From Dimorphilus gyrociliatus (lineage: Eukaryota; Animalia; Annelida), in the NCBI GenBank assembly GCA_904063045.1, contig CAJFCJ010000064.1, forward strand, positions 1 through 47,444: a DNA stretch of 47,444 nt, written 5' to 3'. The notes below the pieces were generated by a model. It saw only the letters and a program-made list of their open reading frames with translations, was not told the DNA's origin and ran no database searches. Position numbers and translations under genes: made by a program. Positions 12,348 through 22,709 of the stretch are shown here, piece after piece. The stretch's first letter is position 1. Every line of letters starts with the position of its first letter.

Positions 12348-12920
12348 CAGTACCGCGGTAAGTCACTGTTACACCTCAAAAAAATAATATTTTCTCAATT
12401 TTTTCTCTTTCTGTACTTAAAGAATGAAAATGAAGGATTTTATTATATTTAATAATATTCTTTTTATCATTATAGAAAGAAAATATATGTTTTTCATTTT
12501 AAATCTCGGAAATATCATTACTTTAATGTGATAGGCCTTTTTATGGAAAAGCATAAGCATCAGTTATGTTCAATAAATTATCAAATACCTTGATCATTGA
12601 GTAGTGTCACTTTTAACCAGATTTTAAGGTCATTTATGAGTGTTTGCATGTGTAATCTAACAGTTGACAAATTTAAAATAAAAATGGTGATGCTATCTGA
12701 AGCAACAAGAATTTCTATTTTAAATTGTCTTCAAAGACCTTAAATGTCCATTTGAAAAGTGGCAAAGCTTTTTAAATGTAGTCCAACTACTGTACAAAAT
12801 ATAAAAAATAAATTTAAAGAGCTAAAAACAGTCAAAGAAAAACAAAGAAGTGGTAGACCAAAAAAAAGTGACACCAAAGATGGAAAGCCAAATTACCAGG
12901 GCATCTAAATCAAACCCCAA
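12348..12920 (+). mobile_element. Tc1-like element, 5' part (TIR plus HTH coding region), interrupted by MULE-1
   Basis: TA|CAGTACCGCGGTAAGTCACTG begins a TIR of about 250 bp, homologous to the one at 37266. Degenerate MLSEATRISIL...KVAKLFKCSPTTVQNIKNKF...RSGRPKK, then ASKSNPK after a frameshift. Confidence 0.85.
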
Positions 12921-13121
12921 GAATAGGGGTGAAACCATACCCGAGTGAAACCATACCCATACTGGGTGAAACTGTACCCATAAAAATATTAGGTTTTTTT
13001 AATTTTATTAATACTAAAGAAAAGTATATATAATACTAAGAAAATGATAATAGATTAACACATAACTTTGAAAGATAAAAGAATGGAAAAAGTGAAAAAA
13101 AACATTTAAAAAAAAAGAATA

Positions 13122-15645
13122 TTATGGAGCATAAATATATGATGTTTGAACCAATAATTCATCTGCCAAAAGCCCTCCAAGTCTATAATTTTCCCAAATT
13201 TCAAATATTTTTCTTTCTATCTCAATATACTGCTTTTTTTGGTGCTTGATAATCTTCTTCTCAGACATAAGCTTTTCATAGATAATAACCAAATCAGCTT
13301 CTCTCTTCAGCTCATCAAGCAGCCAATAAAATGATCCTTTAGATGGTACTTTAGTATTCATTCTATTGTGCCATCCTTCCACACTGTTATTAGTCCTTAT
13401 GGATAATCCATATATAGACCAATTCTCTGGTTTCCATATAGAGTTCATAATCCATGTTGCTTCAAAATATTCCAACAAGTCTGCAAATTTTTCTTTTTCT
13501 GTAAGTTGAGATTTCAATCTGTAAAATGTTGGAGCAATGATATGAGCAGGCAGAAAAGGTAAAGCCATCAGCTTTCTCATGTCTCTCCAGTCCTCTCCTT
13601 TCTCCATATACTTTCCAGAGTATCCAAGAGACTTGAAGGATCATAATTGTAAAAACAAACCTTAGAGGTTAAATTAAATGTTTTACCTGTATTTTTCTAT
13701 ATATTGCTTGTGTAAAATGGAATACACATCCATGAATTTGTGATTCTGGGTATATTTTGGATACAGCTCTCCAGACCCATCTCAAAATTAATTGTTATCT
13801 TCTCAGGCTGTGACATGCCAGTCAGGTTTCTGACACTCTGAGGAATGAAACATTCATCTGAAAGTAGTTAAAGAATGAATTTCTCAAAAGGATACCTTAA
13901 ATGCTTTTTTATAACTCTTTCTTTTCTTTGATGTCATAAAAATAAATGCCAATGGCATATGTTTCATTTCACCAGCTTTTTTGACATAGCTGTGTATAGA
14001 TAAGAGCTGATAAAAAGGATCCTTTACCATTTTAAATGTCCCATCAATGAACCAGTGTTTTGACTGACCAAGCAAATTAAGTTGATGGCTGCTACCAAAA
14101 ATAAGAATTCTCTCTTTATTTTCACAGATGTCATCTTTCAAAAAATCATCTGGGATGAAATCTGTATTTAAATAAAAGTCTACTTCTTTTGGTTCACTTG
14201 GCCTTAGTTTTTGCCTTGAAAAATTAGCCACTCTTTTCAAATAATCAACATTTGGCAGAGAATCTGTTTCATTTTTGTGTTTTAAAAGAATTGTTTCTGC
14301 TAATCTTTTCCCACTGAAACTTGTGTCAGTTTTACAAATATCTTTCAAATCTTTTCTGATTCTAATGTCACTGGTTAGGTGGTTATTTTTACCATGAATA
14401 TGTTCTAAACTTCCCTTGATGAATGTTTTTCCTTGCTGGCGAATTCTTGCAGGGCATCTTTGTTTTTTGGTCCTCTTACTGCACACCCAAATGATACTTT
14501 TTGAAGTTTTAGCTTTTACAGTGAATGAAAATCCATCATTTATCAGAATATCTTTTCCCATTTGACTTCCACCTTTAACTATTTGAAAGTTGTCATGGAT
14601 AAGTTCCTGCAAGTGTTCAATATTTCCATTGTTCAATATTCCATTGTCATTCACATTTGCATCAATCACACCTTCATTTGCATCTACAACCACATCTTCA
14701 TTTAAATTTTCATCCATTTCATTTCCATTCATCTGACAGTTATCAAAATTGCCACTGTACTGCTCTTGCTGGCAAAATCTATGCATTTGCAAGTTATAAC
14801 AATACTGGTTCTACTTGAACCTTTAAACAAATGTTTAAATTAAAATGGTTTATTCGCAATAATAATACTTAAGCAAGTAACAATATGAGAGTTCGATAGC
14901 AGAGTAGATAGTTCATAAAAGCAGGTTGCCAAATTACCAAACTGTCTTCTAATGTTGAGGAGTAGATGGATGGTTCCAATGGAGGTTGTTTCCAGATGAT
15001 TTTCCCAGGTCCTTGGGTCCAGATGGAAGCTGCATGCCAAATGAGAATAGTGAGGGTTTATATACTTTGAGGTTTGCCTCTGACATCCAATCATCACTTT
15101 ACAGTTGCCGAAATGTGTAGTTCATATTTATGTTTAGTAATAGGATGTTACAAGGTTCAAGATTTAGGAAGGTTAATTGAATTATAACTTGGCCACACCC
15201 TAGGCAAGTTAATTAAATTATAACTTGGCCAAACCTTTATTGGTAATTAAAGATGAGCCTTCAAGCTGACTAATCAGACTTATGTTTGGCCAATGTTATA
15301 GCATTTTCTTGTGTAGGTTTTAAGATGTACATGTATAAGTTGCATAAAATAATAGAGTTCAAGCAACCAAAGTTGTACATTGTAATTTTCCATCAACATC
15401 ACCAGTTTCTACAATTTGATCTTCTGGTCTCTTCATCTGAAGAAGGAATCTGTTTTTTTCACAATCCAGACAAACTGACACCTTAGAATCTGATTGAAAT
15501 AGCTGAATATTTATAAATGCCATATTGAATATAGAATCATACTTATGACACATTTTTGATGAATAATTTCATTGCAGAGCACACAAGACATTTTCTTCTG
15601 TCTTTCATATACAAAAAGCTTACAATTCTTACATTTGACTGTCAT
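13122..15645 (-). pseudogene. MULE-1 PHD-FLYWCH-DDE transposase pseudogene (spliced)
   Basis: Exon 1 MTVKCKNC...CVLC..IIHQKC, exon 2 VCLDC, FLYWCH, WFIDGTF, GCVFH and RTNNSVEGWH. The second catalytic Asp reads INFE and is followed by a 1-nt frameshift. An LTR-like insert interrupts exon 2. Confidence 0.9.
14785..15350 (-). mobile_element. LTR-like repeat, copy B, inserted in the MULE-1 transposase
   Basis: Shares GGCCAAACA..., CAACTGTAAAGTGATGATTGGAT(A/G)TCAGAGGCAAACCT and CATATTGTTACTTGCTTAAGTATT with 2930-3390. Confidence 0.55.
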
Positions 15646-16133
15646 GTTTTATGAATAATTCTCTATGCCAGACTGAAAATATTAAATGTAATTAGTGAAT
15701 AAATAAAAAATAATATTATTGAACACATCTAGAAAACAAGAATAATATTTTGATTTGAAATGAGTATTGGAAAGGTATACTTACAATTATTCAAAATGGC
15801 TGAAAAATATTTTTCAAATAAATTGGATTTTTTCACAAAATTAAAAAACATGTATTGAAAATATGAATAAAACATTAATCTAGATTACAATGCACATGAA
15901 ATTACCTCTGTTAAATCTAAAATGATAATCTTTGCCCAAATATAATTATCAAAAAAGGCTTGAGTTTCAAATTAAATTCTTTCCAAAGTGAAAGTTAGCT
16001 TCAGTTTCTTCATTTTTAAAATGGCTGTCAGTTTATATTTCAACAGTGTTTCTATTTTTGTAGCTTCCATTATTATAATTCTAAATAGTAACATTAAAAA
16101 AATGTAATATTTTTATGGATACAGTTTCACCCA

Positions 16134-16767
16134 GCAAGGTCTGTAGAGAGAGATCTAGCTTTAGTGTCTAACTGCATGACAGCTTCAGATTATATCAGAA
16201 TTTTGAGCAGTCATGTTGTCCCAAATTATAAGAGAGGGGACATTTTCCAGCAGGATGGGGTTAGCTGTCATAAAGCAGCCGGAACAAAATCATACCTCAT
16301 GAGAAAGCAAGTGGACACACTGGATCCATGGCCAGCAAACAGCCCAGACCTGAACATTTTTGAGTGAATATGGGGCATATGCAAAAAATGATTAATGGCA
16401 GTAAGCCAAGAAACAAGGATGAGCTGTGGGGATGTTCAGAGAGGAATTTTTTAAAATTTTAGAATTGAAAATTCAATTCTTATACAAGACAATAGAAAGA
16501 AGGCTTAGGGCAGTTGTAGAAGCTAAGGGTATGCACACAAAATACTAAAACATTAACACATATAATATCCTGTTAAATAACAGTAAAAATAAGAACAAAA
16601 AAATTACTTTTAATATTCTTTTAGATTAATTTTTGTGAATGTAACAAGTACTTATGCTCCCATTGAAAATAGGCCTACCACATTAAAATATCAAAAATTT
16701 AGAGATTTGAAATTAAAAATGTATATTTTCTCTCTATAATGATAAGAAGAATATCATTAAATATAAT
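16134..16767 (+). mobile_element. Tc1-like element, 3' part (DDE C-terminus, truncated TIR)
   Basis: FQQDGVSCH...WPANSPDLNIFE*IWG. The right TIR stops about 110 bp short, where MULE-2 begins. Confidence 0.9.
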
Positions 16768-16775
16768 AGAATTAT

Positions 16776-19539
16776 GGAGAAAACGTCCACTGGAGAAAAC
16801 GTCCACTGGAGAAAACGTCCACTGATTGGAGAAAACGTCCACTGGTTGGAGAAAACGTCCACTGGAGAAAACGTCCACTATGTGAAGAATATATTAAAAA
16901 ATACTTTTTCAAATTTAAATAATAATTTTTTATTATTGATTTTGAGATATATCCAATACATTCCCATAATGCAATCACTTTTGGTAGCCATTTTGAAATC
17001 CAGACAGGAAACAGTTCTGGAATCTTCTATGTTTTTCATGGAAAGTGAATATTGTGCATATTTCATCTACAATTTTTCAGAATTTTTTGCAGTTTGAAAT
17101 ATATTTCACTATTGAAAACCATCAGACAAAACACAAACTTTAGAATTGATATCAGTAAGTTATAGAATATTGTGTTGAAATGATTTATTTATAAATTAGC
17201 TTTATTTTTATAGCAGCCATTTTGTTTATCATTATTGTTAATTGTTTAATTTTTAAATTTATACAGTTGGTTATTGATAGAGATTCCAAATTGAACATGG
17301 CACCAATTTGTTACATTTGTGAAGAGAGAATATATGGAAGACAAAATCAAGAGAAATGTCAGCTTTGCTGTCATTTATTTAAAATACATAAAAAATGTTT
17401 GGATTATAAAGGTTTGTTTAAGTTTTTTGTCACTATCCTTCCTTACAAATATGTTTTTATATTTTTTCACAGATCAATCATTTTATTGTAACATTTGCTG
17501 TGACATATCAATGAAGAAATGCATTGTTGCACTTCAAAGGCTACCTTCTAGTGCATCTGCTAATGAAGAAATAAGACAAACACCAAATTTTGATACAGCA
17601 AATAATAGAAATGAGCAAACTATTGTTTGTGAAAATCATTGTGGAAATTCAAGTGGAAATGATACAAATGGCAGTATTATGGAATCACACAATGTTTTAG
17701 TTGAAGATCTTCCAGCTCAGCAAAATAATATGATGGAAGTTTCATTTATAGTTTCTCCAAAATCAGATTGTGAGAAAGAAAGTTATTCATTTAAAATCTT
17801 AAAGGGAATGAGCCAGAAAGGAAAAGATTTGCTACTTTTCAACAATTTCTGCTACAATATTAAAGAAAAAAGAAACAAGACAACATTCTGGATATGCAGT
17901 GTTAGGAACAAAAGAAACAAATGTTCAGCAACAGTTAGTCAGCATGGGAACAGTTTTTATCCTGGAAAGTTATCCCATTCTCATGAAAGAGTACCTGATT
18001 TGGAACAAAAAATAATGATTAGGAATGAACTAAAAAATGCTTGTAATAAAGATATCAGTAGTTCAGGAAAACGTTTAGCTGAAGATGTTCTGGTGAAACA
18101 TTGTAGTTCTGGTGAAGTTATTCCATCTCTAGATAATTGTACAAGACTGGCAAACTGGACAAGAAAGAAGTTTAGACCAGCTGAACCTCAAAGTATTCAC
18201 TTCAACTTGGCTAAAACTTTTATTCCTGATGATTTTTTACAAATGGATATACAAATGGAGAATGATAGAATACTAATATTTTCAACTACAAAGCAAATTG
18301 AATTATTATCTAAAGGCAAAATATGGTTTATGGATGGCACATTTAAATGTGTGAAAGACCCTTTTTATCAACTTTTTTCTATTCATGGATTTATAAAAAA
18401 AAATGGAGAAATAAAACAAATTCCAATGGCTTTTGCTTTTATGGGATCTAAGAGAAAGACAGCCTACAAGAAATTATTTAAGGTACAATAATTTTGCATT
18501 TTAAATTGAATAATCTAATTTGTTAAATTAACAGGCAATACAAGATTTAACAAATGGGCATAGCCCCAAAAAAGTTGTTGTAGACTTTGAAAAAGCTATT
18601 TGGAAAGCACTATCATTCACTTATCCTGAAGCAAACATTAAAGGGTGTGTTTTTCACTGGACACAGGCAATATACAGAAAGATTCAAGTAATACTTTAAT
18701 TTAGTATTTGAGGTCTAGATAGAACTGACATATTTATTTCCAGGAATTAGGATTATGTAAGATGTACAAGGAGAAAAAAGCTGAATATAGAATCATGAAG
18801 AAATTAATGGCATTACCATTCCTGCCCTCTGATCTGATAGAACCAACATTTAAGACTATTAAAGAAATAAGTCCTATTGAAATGAAGTCTCTATTGGAGT
18901 ACATTGAGACACAATGGATAAATGGATTTTATAAACCAGAGGTATGGTCTGTTTATGGTGAGGCTATAAGGACAAATAATGATCTTGAAGGATGGCATCA
19001 CAGGCTTAACAAGAATCTTTGCTCTAACACTGCATTCTATTTGCTTTTAGATGAACTGAAAAGAGAAGCTGATCTGATAAAGCTATATAAAAAATTACTG
19101 AGTGAAAAGAAAATTTGTAGACAGCAAAGAAAAGCATATCAGAATATTCAGAGCAAAATATTCAGCTTATGGGAACAATTTGAAATTGCCTCAATTACCT
19201 CCCTGGACTTACTTGATAAAGCTTCTGACATTTATTCACCAGTTTAAAATACCTTTATTCTTTAATGTTGTTACACTGTTGTCAATCATTCTTGTTATAA
19301 TGCTTCTTTTTACTTAATCAATATATTAATATTTAAATATTTGTAATTCTTATTATTCATTTTTTCCTGTCAAATTGCTCTAAAAACTCCATCTATCAAA
19401 TATCTTATATCTTACTTTGAAGTTTTATAGTGGACGTTTTCTCCAGTGGACGTTTTCTCCAAGCAGTGGACGTTTTCTCCAAACAGTGGACGTTTTCTCC
19501 AGTGGACGTTTTCTCCAGTGGACGTTTTCTCCTGTACCC
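16776..19539 (+). mobile_element. MULE-2 element with modular (foldback-type) TIRs
   Basis: Six identical GGAGAAAACGTCCACT units at each end (16776-16879 and 19429-19532) in mirror arrangement. The right terminus reads GGGTACA on the reverse strand; the left end lacks it. Confidence 0.95.
17297..19247 (+). CDS. Intact PHD-FLYWCH-MULE DDE transposase, 4 exons, 593 aa
   Basis: Exons 17297-17411, 17473-18482, 18535-18687 and 18744-19247. Introns are GT-AG, 61/52/56 nt. The 1782 nt splice in frame. Motifs: C4HC3 PHD, FLYWCH, WFMDGTF, VVDFE, GCVFHW and RTNNDLEGWH. Confidence 0.93.
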
Positions 19540-19973
19540 AGATTTATCATGTTTACGAGACAATACCAATATGAACTTGATAGTTTTTATTCCACAAACA
19601 GATGAATATTTTATAAAATATACTGGATTGTATAAAAGTTGCAGTATATTGAATGCAAACAATACTGTTTGTAATTACAGTTGCTCATGTATAAATAGAT
19701 ATTGTGAAGGTATTTACGTAAAAACCTTTTCAGAAGTGATCAATCCAACAATTTGTGAAATTTCTTTTAATTAAACAAAACACAATCTAATAATAAATAT
19801 AGATATATGTTTTAAAATATTGATAACTGTTGGGTAAAGATAAACATGAAACAGACAAATTCCTAAAACTGCAAAAGTGATGACTGGATTTTAGAGAATA
19901 AAAAATAAACACTCACTGCACCATTCCACTCATCATTTAGTTCACTATTGTCCCTTTTTTTTCTCTTCCTTTT

Positions 19974-20924
19974 CTAGTATGTTTCTGGTTGGCTAGGAGA
20001 TATAGAAGCCATATTACTTTTACATAATTTCATTAATGACATTTTGATTGAAGTATGACCTAAAATAGTTATTATAGGATTAATTGTTGCTTGAAGAAAT
20101 ACAATAAAATCAGTTGCTTTAATTAATATAATAGATTCTAAAACTGGATATTCCAATATTAAAAATGCTCCAATTGAAAAGAATATCCATAGAATGATGA
20201 TTAAACATAACTGGATTAATGTTATTTTTGAATATTTAGAAATATTTTTTATCTTTCTGGTTTGTTTTTCAATATCTTTTGCGTGTTTTTCAGCAATTTT
20301 TAAAATTTTAACATGTAAAATTAAAGCCAAAATTATAATTGGTAAAAGGAATAGAAGATAAATAAAGAAATATGCTCTATGATATCCAGCATAACCTTGA
20401 CAAAGTCTATATTCATTTAAACCCAATGAAGAGAGATAAATTGGAAATAGACATGTAATTAATGAGAAGAGAATTATTGAAATAATAATGATAGTTGACC
20501 TCTTAATTGTTAAAATATCTTCATAGTGAAAAGGGAATTTTATCATAATATATCTATAGATAAATGTAAATAATAGGAAATATTGGGAAATATTGTAAAT
20601 TATTATATGAGTATATAATATTAATATACAAAATGGCGGTAAAAAGTCATTGATGTTTCTTGAATCATTAATAAAAACTTTTGAAAAAATCCAAGTGATT
20701 GTTAAAAAATCACATATCGTTACTGCTGGTGTAAAAATCATCATTTTATCTCTGACTTCTGTGAATTTTCCATAAATAAATAACACCAGACAATTGAAAA
20801 ATACACCAGAAAATAGGAATAAAAAGTAAAATATTCTTAGAATAGTAAGATCTAAAGGATTATAAGATGAGGAATCTTTTTCTGTTGTTGATAAAGAAGA
20901 TATATTATCAGAATTCATTTTCAT
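19974..20924 (-). CDS. Class A 7-TM GPCR (divergent, chemoreceptor-like), single exon
   Basis: 316 aa with seven hydrophobic segments: GVFFN in TM1, ICDFL in TM2, FIYRYIMIKFPFHY at the DRY position and INPIIT at the NPxxY position. Confidence 0.9.
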   Translation of the reverse strand: MKMNSDNISSLSTTEKDSSSYNPLDLTILRIFYFLFLFSGVFFNCLVLFIYGKFTEVRDKMMIFTPAVTICDFLTITWIFSKVFINDSRNINDFLPPFCILILYTHIIIYNISQYFLLFTFIYRYIMIKFPFHYEDILTIKRSTIIIISIILFSLITCLFPIYLSSLGLNEYRLCQGYAGYHRAYFFIYLLFLLPIIILALILHVKILKIAEKHAKDIEKQTRKIKNISKYSKITLIQLCLIIILWIFFSIGAFLILEYPVLESIILIKATDFIVFLQATINPIITILGHTSIKMSLMKLCKSNMASISPSQPETY

Positions 20925-20983
20925 TTGAACATTGGATTCTTTCTAAAATATCAGTGTCTTTTACCTCTCTCTGCTTCCATTGA

Positions 20984-21014
<31 letters not shown>
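20984..21014. repeat. (CT)n/(GA)n microsatellite
   Basis: Directly visible, about 60 bp upstream of the minus-strand GPCR ATG. Confidence 0.95.
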
Positions 21015-21015
<1 letters not shown>

Positions 21016-21439
21016 TATATTTTTCCAATATTAAGTAATTACAGACATTCTGTTTTGTTCTACAAAGAATAAATAATTTTCAACCTTTCTCTACATTATA
21101 TTTTTGTCATTTTGTTGAAGAACTATTTCTTGTGTTATGTTTTCCTGTTTTTGGTTCCTTTCAAAAGAATAGCATTGTTAAAATACCATCTACAGAAATT
21201 TATTAATGGCACCTGTTTATATATTTTTTTTAAATTATTCACTTTTTCATTTATAGTTTAGAATCTCAAAGAATATTTTGAAATAATTGTGCACAAAAGT
21301 TTAGGAAAAAGTAAAAGCTGCTCTAAGTGGTATTCCTAATAACATAGTTAAAGACAATTGTAGTCTTAATGAAGTTAACAATACTTGTAATATGGAGGAA
21401 AATTTATTGCATGAAAATGAAACTGAAAATAATGAGAAT

Positions 21440-21650
21440 ACTGAAGGATCAAACAAATTTCATATTATTGGTGGAAGTCAAAAAGGGAAAGATATTTTGA
21501 CCAACAATGGCATTGCTTTCAATGTAAAATCTAGAAGTGATAAGAGAACCATCTGGAGATGTTCTGTTAGAAATAAGAATGTTCAGTGTCCATATATTAT
21601 TCAACAAAAAGTAAATATTTTCATAAAGAGTAAACATGAACACAATCCTA
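21440..21650 (+). pseudogene. MULE FLYWCH remnant
   Basis: FHIIGGSQKGKDILTNNGIAFNVKSRSDKRTIWRCSVRNKNVQCPYIIQQ...HEHN. Confidence 0.85.
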
Positions 21651-22355
21651 ACATTGCAGTAATATACTTTAAAAGAACTATTAATAACTCACTATATTTT
21701 AGAAGTGTTCCTCTGCTTTCAGGTGAGTGGAAAAGCCACTTGGCAGATTAAAAAATAGAGCAATTTTTTTACCATTCAAATATCTTTTTCCACTCCTTGT
21801 ATGTTTTTCCCACCCTTGGGACATTTTTTCCCAAAGACAATTTTTCCCATACTCATTTATCCAGAAGAAGTATTGAACACTTTGGACACCCCAGATTGAA
21901 TTGGCCAGTTTACCCAAATTCAAGAAATCACCATAAAAACAATCTACAATGAAGTAAACTTGATAAGATATTTAACTAATGTAACCAAACATGTTTTAAT
22001 AAAGCCTAATTTGACATTTGAAGACGATATTGAAAGAGCGGGGTCGACAGAAAACGTCCATGAAAGAAAACGTCCATAAACTGAAAGAAAACATCCATTA
22101 AAATAAATTTCATTTAAATATAAATATATGTTGAAAAAGTAAACCTTTGGTAAAAGAATATGTTAAACATCTACTTAATAAATGAAATATTCACAAAAAA
22201 AAATCACTTAACTTTTCCTATTAGCTTAATTTTTTAGGAATTATATTTCCTTATGGAGTGAAAGAAAATGTCCATAAAGTGAAAGAAAATGTCCATGAAC
22301 TGAAAGACAACGTCCATACAGTGAAAGAAAATGTCTATAAACTAAAAGTAAATAT

Positions 22356-22622
22356 CAAAAGTCATCAAACATTTTAAAAAGTATTGATTTATCTGCATGT
22401 CATTTAAATGAAAAACAGAGTGAAAAATTTGGAGATTTACTTAAAAGATGCTCTAAAATAGAAACAATAAATTTACACTTAAACAAAGGAATGGGGTATG
22501 AATTTTTAGATATTTGCGAAGGGCTTCAGCAATCATTCAACACTCTAAAGAATCTATATTTAGCTGCATGTAATTTAAATGAAGTACAAAGAAAATTTTT
22601 GGGAAATTTGCTTGAAAATTGA
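22356..22622 (+). pseudogene. 88-codon QQSSN-family LRR fragment inside MULE-3
   Basis: QKSSNILKSIDLSACHLNEKQSEKFGDLLKRCSKIETINLHLNKGMGYEFLDICEGLQQSFNTLKNLYLAACNLNEVQRKFLGNLLEN*, with no internal stop and no 5' start codon. Confidence 0.93.
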
Positions 22623-22709
22623 ACTTTTCCAAAATTGCTAAGATTTCTTTTTCAATTTTGCTTTTCCTATTAGCTTAATTTTTTGATATCAAGGTATTGT
22701 CAATTATTT

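Larger units (their letters stand above)
12921..16132 (-). mobile_element. MULE-1 (Mutator, FLYWCH-type) element with a truncated right end
   Basis: Left TIR has three GGGTGAAAC(C/T)(A/G)TACCC-like units, preceded by AAACCCCAA (12912-12920). The right end keeps only the innermost unit (to 16132). Confidence 0.85.

Noticed and set aside
16768-16775. Possible degenerate TSD of MULE-2 (AGAATTAT versus AGATTTATC at 19540-19548)
   Set aside because: One mismatch, AT-rich sequence and a missing left terminus make it indistinguishable from chance.
16776-16879. CRISPR-like array of 16-bp repeats (also 19429-19532 and 25250-25410)
   Set aside because: Spacers are 0-4 nt and not unique, the arrays are inverted partners flanking MULE transposases, no cas genes are present and the context is eukaryotic. 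These are modular TIRs.
16772-17097. Repetitive small ORFs (MEKTSTGENVHW..., also 19405-19774 and 25188-25499)
   Set aside because: They are translations of TIR tandem repeats.
21699-21923. 74-aa minus-strand ORF with GGGAAAAA-type internal repeats
   Set aside because: It looks like low-complexity MITE-like DNA, and I could not define its termini or any protein similarity.
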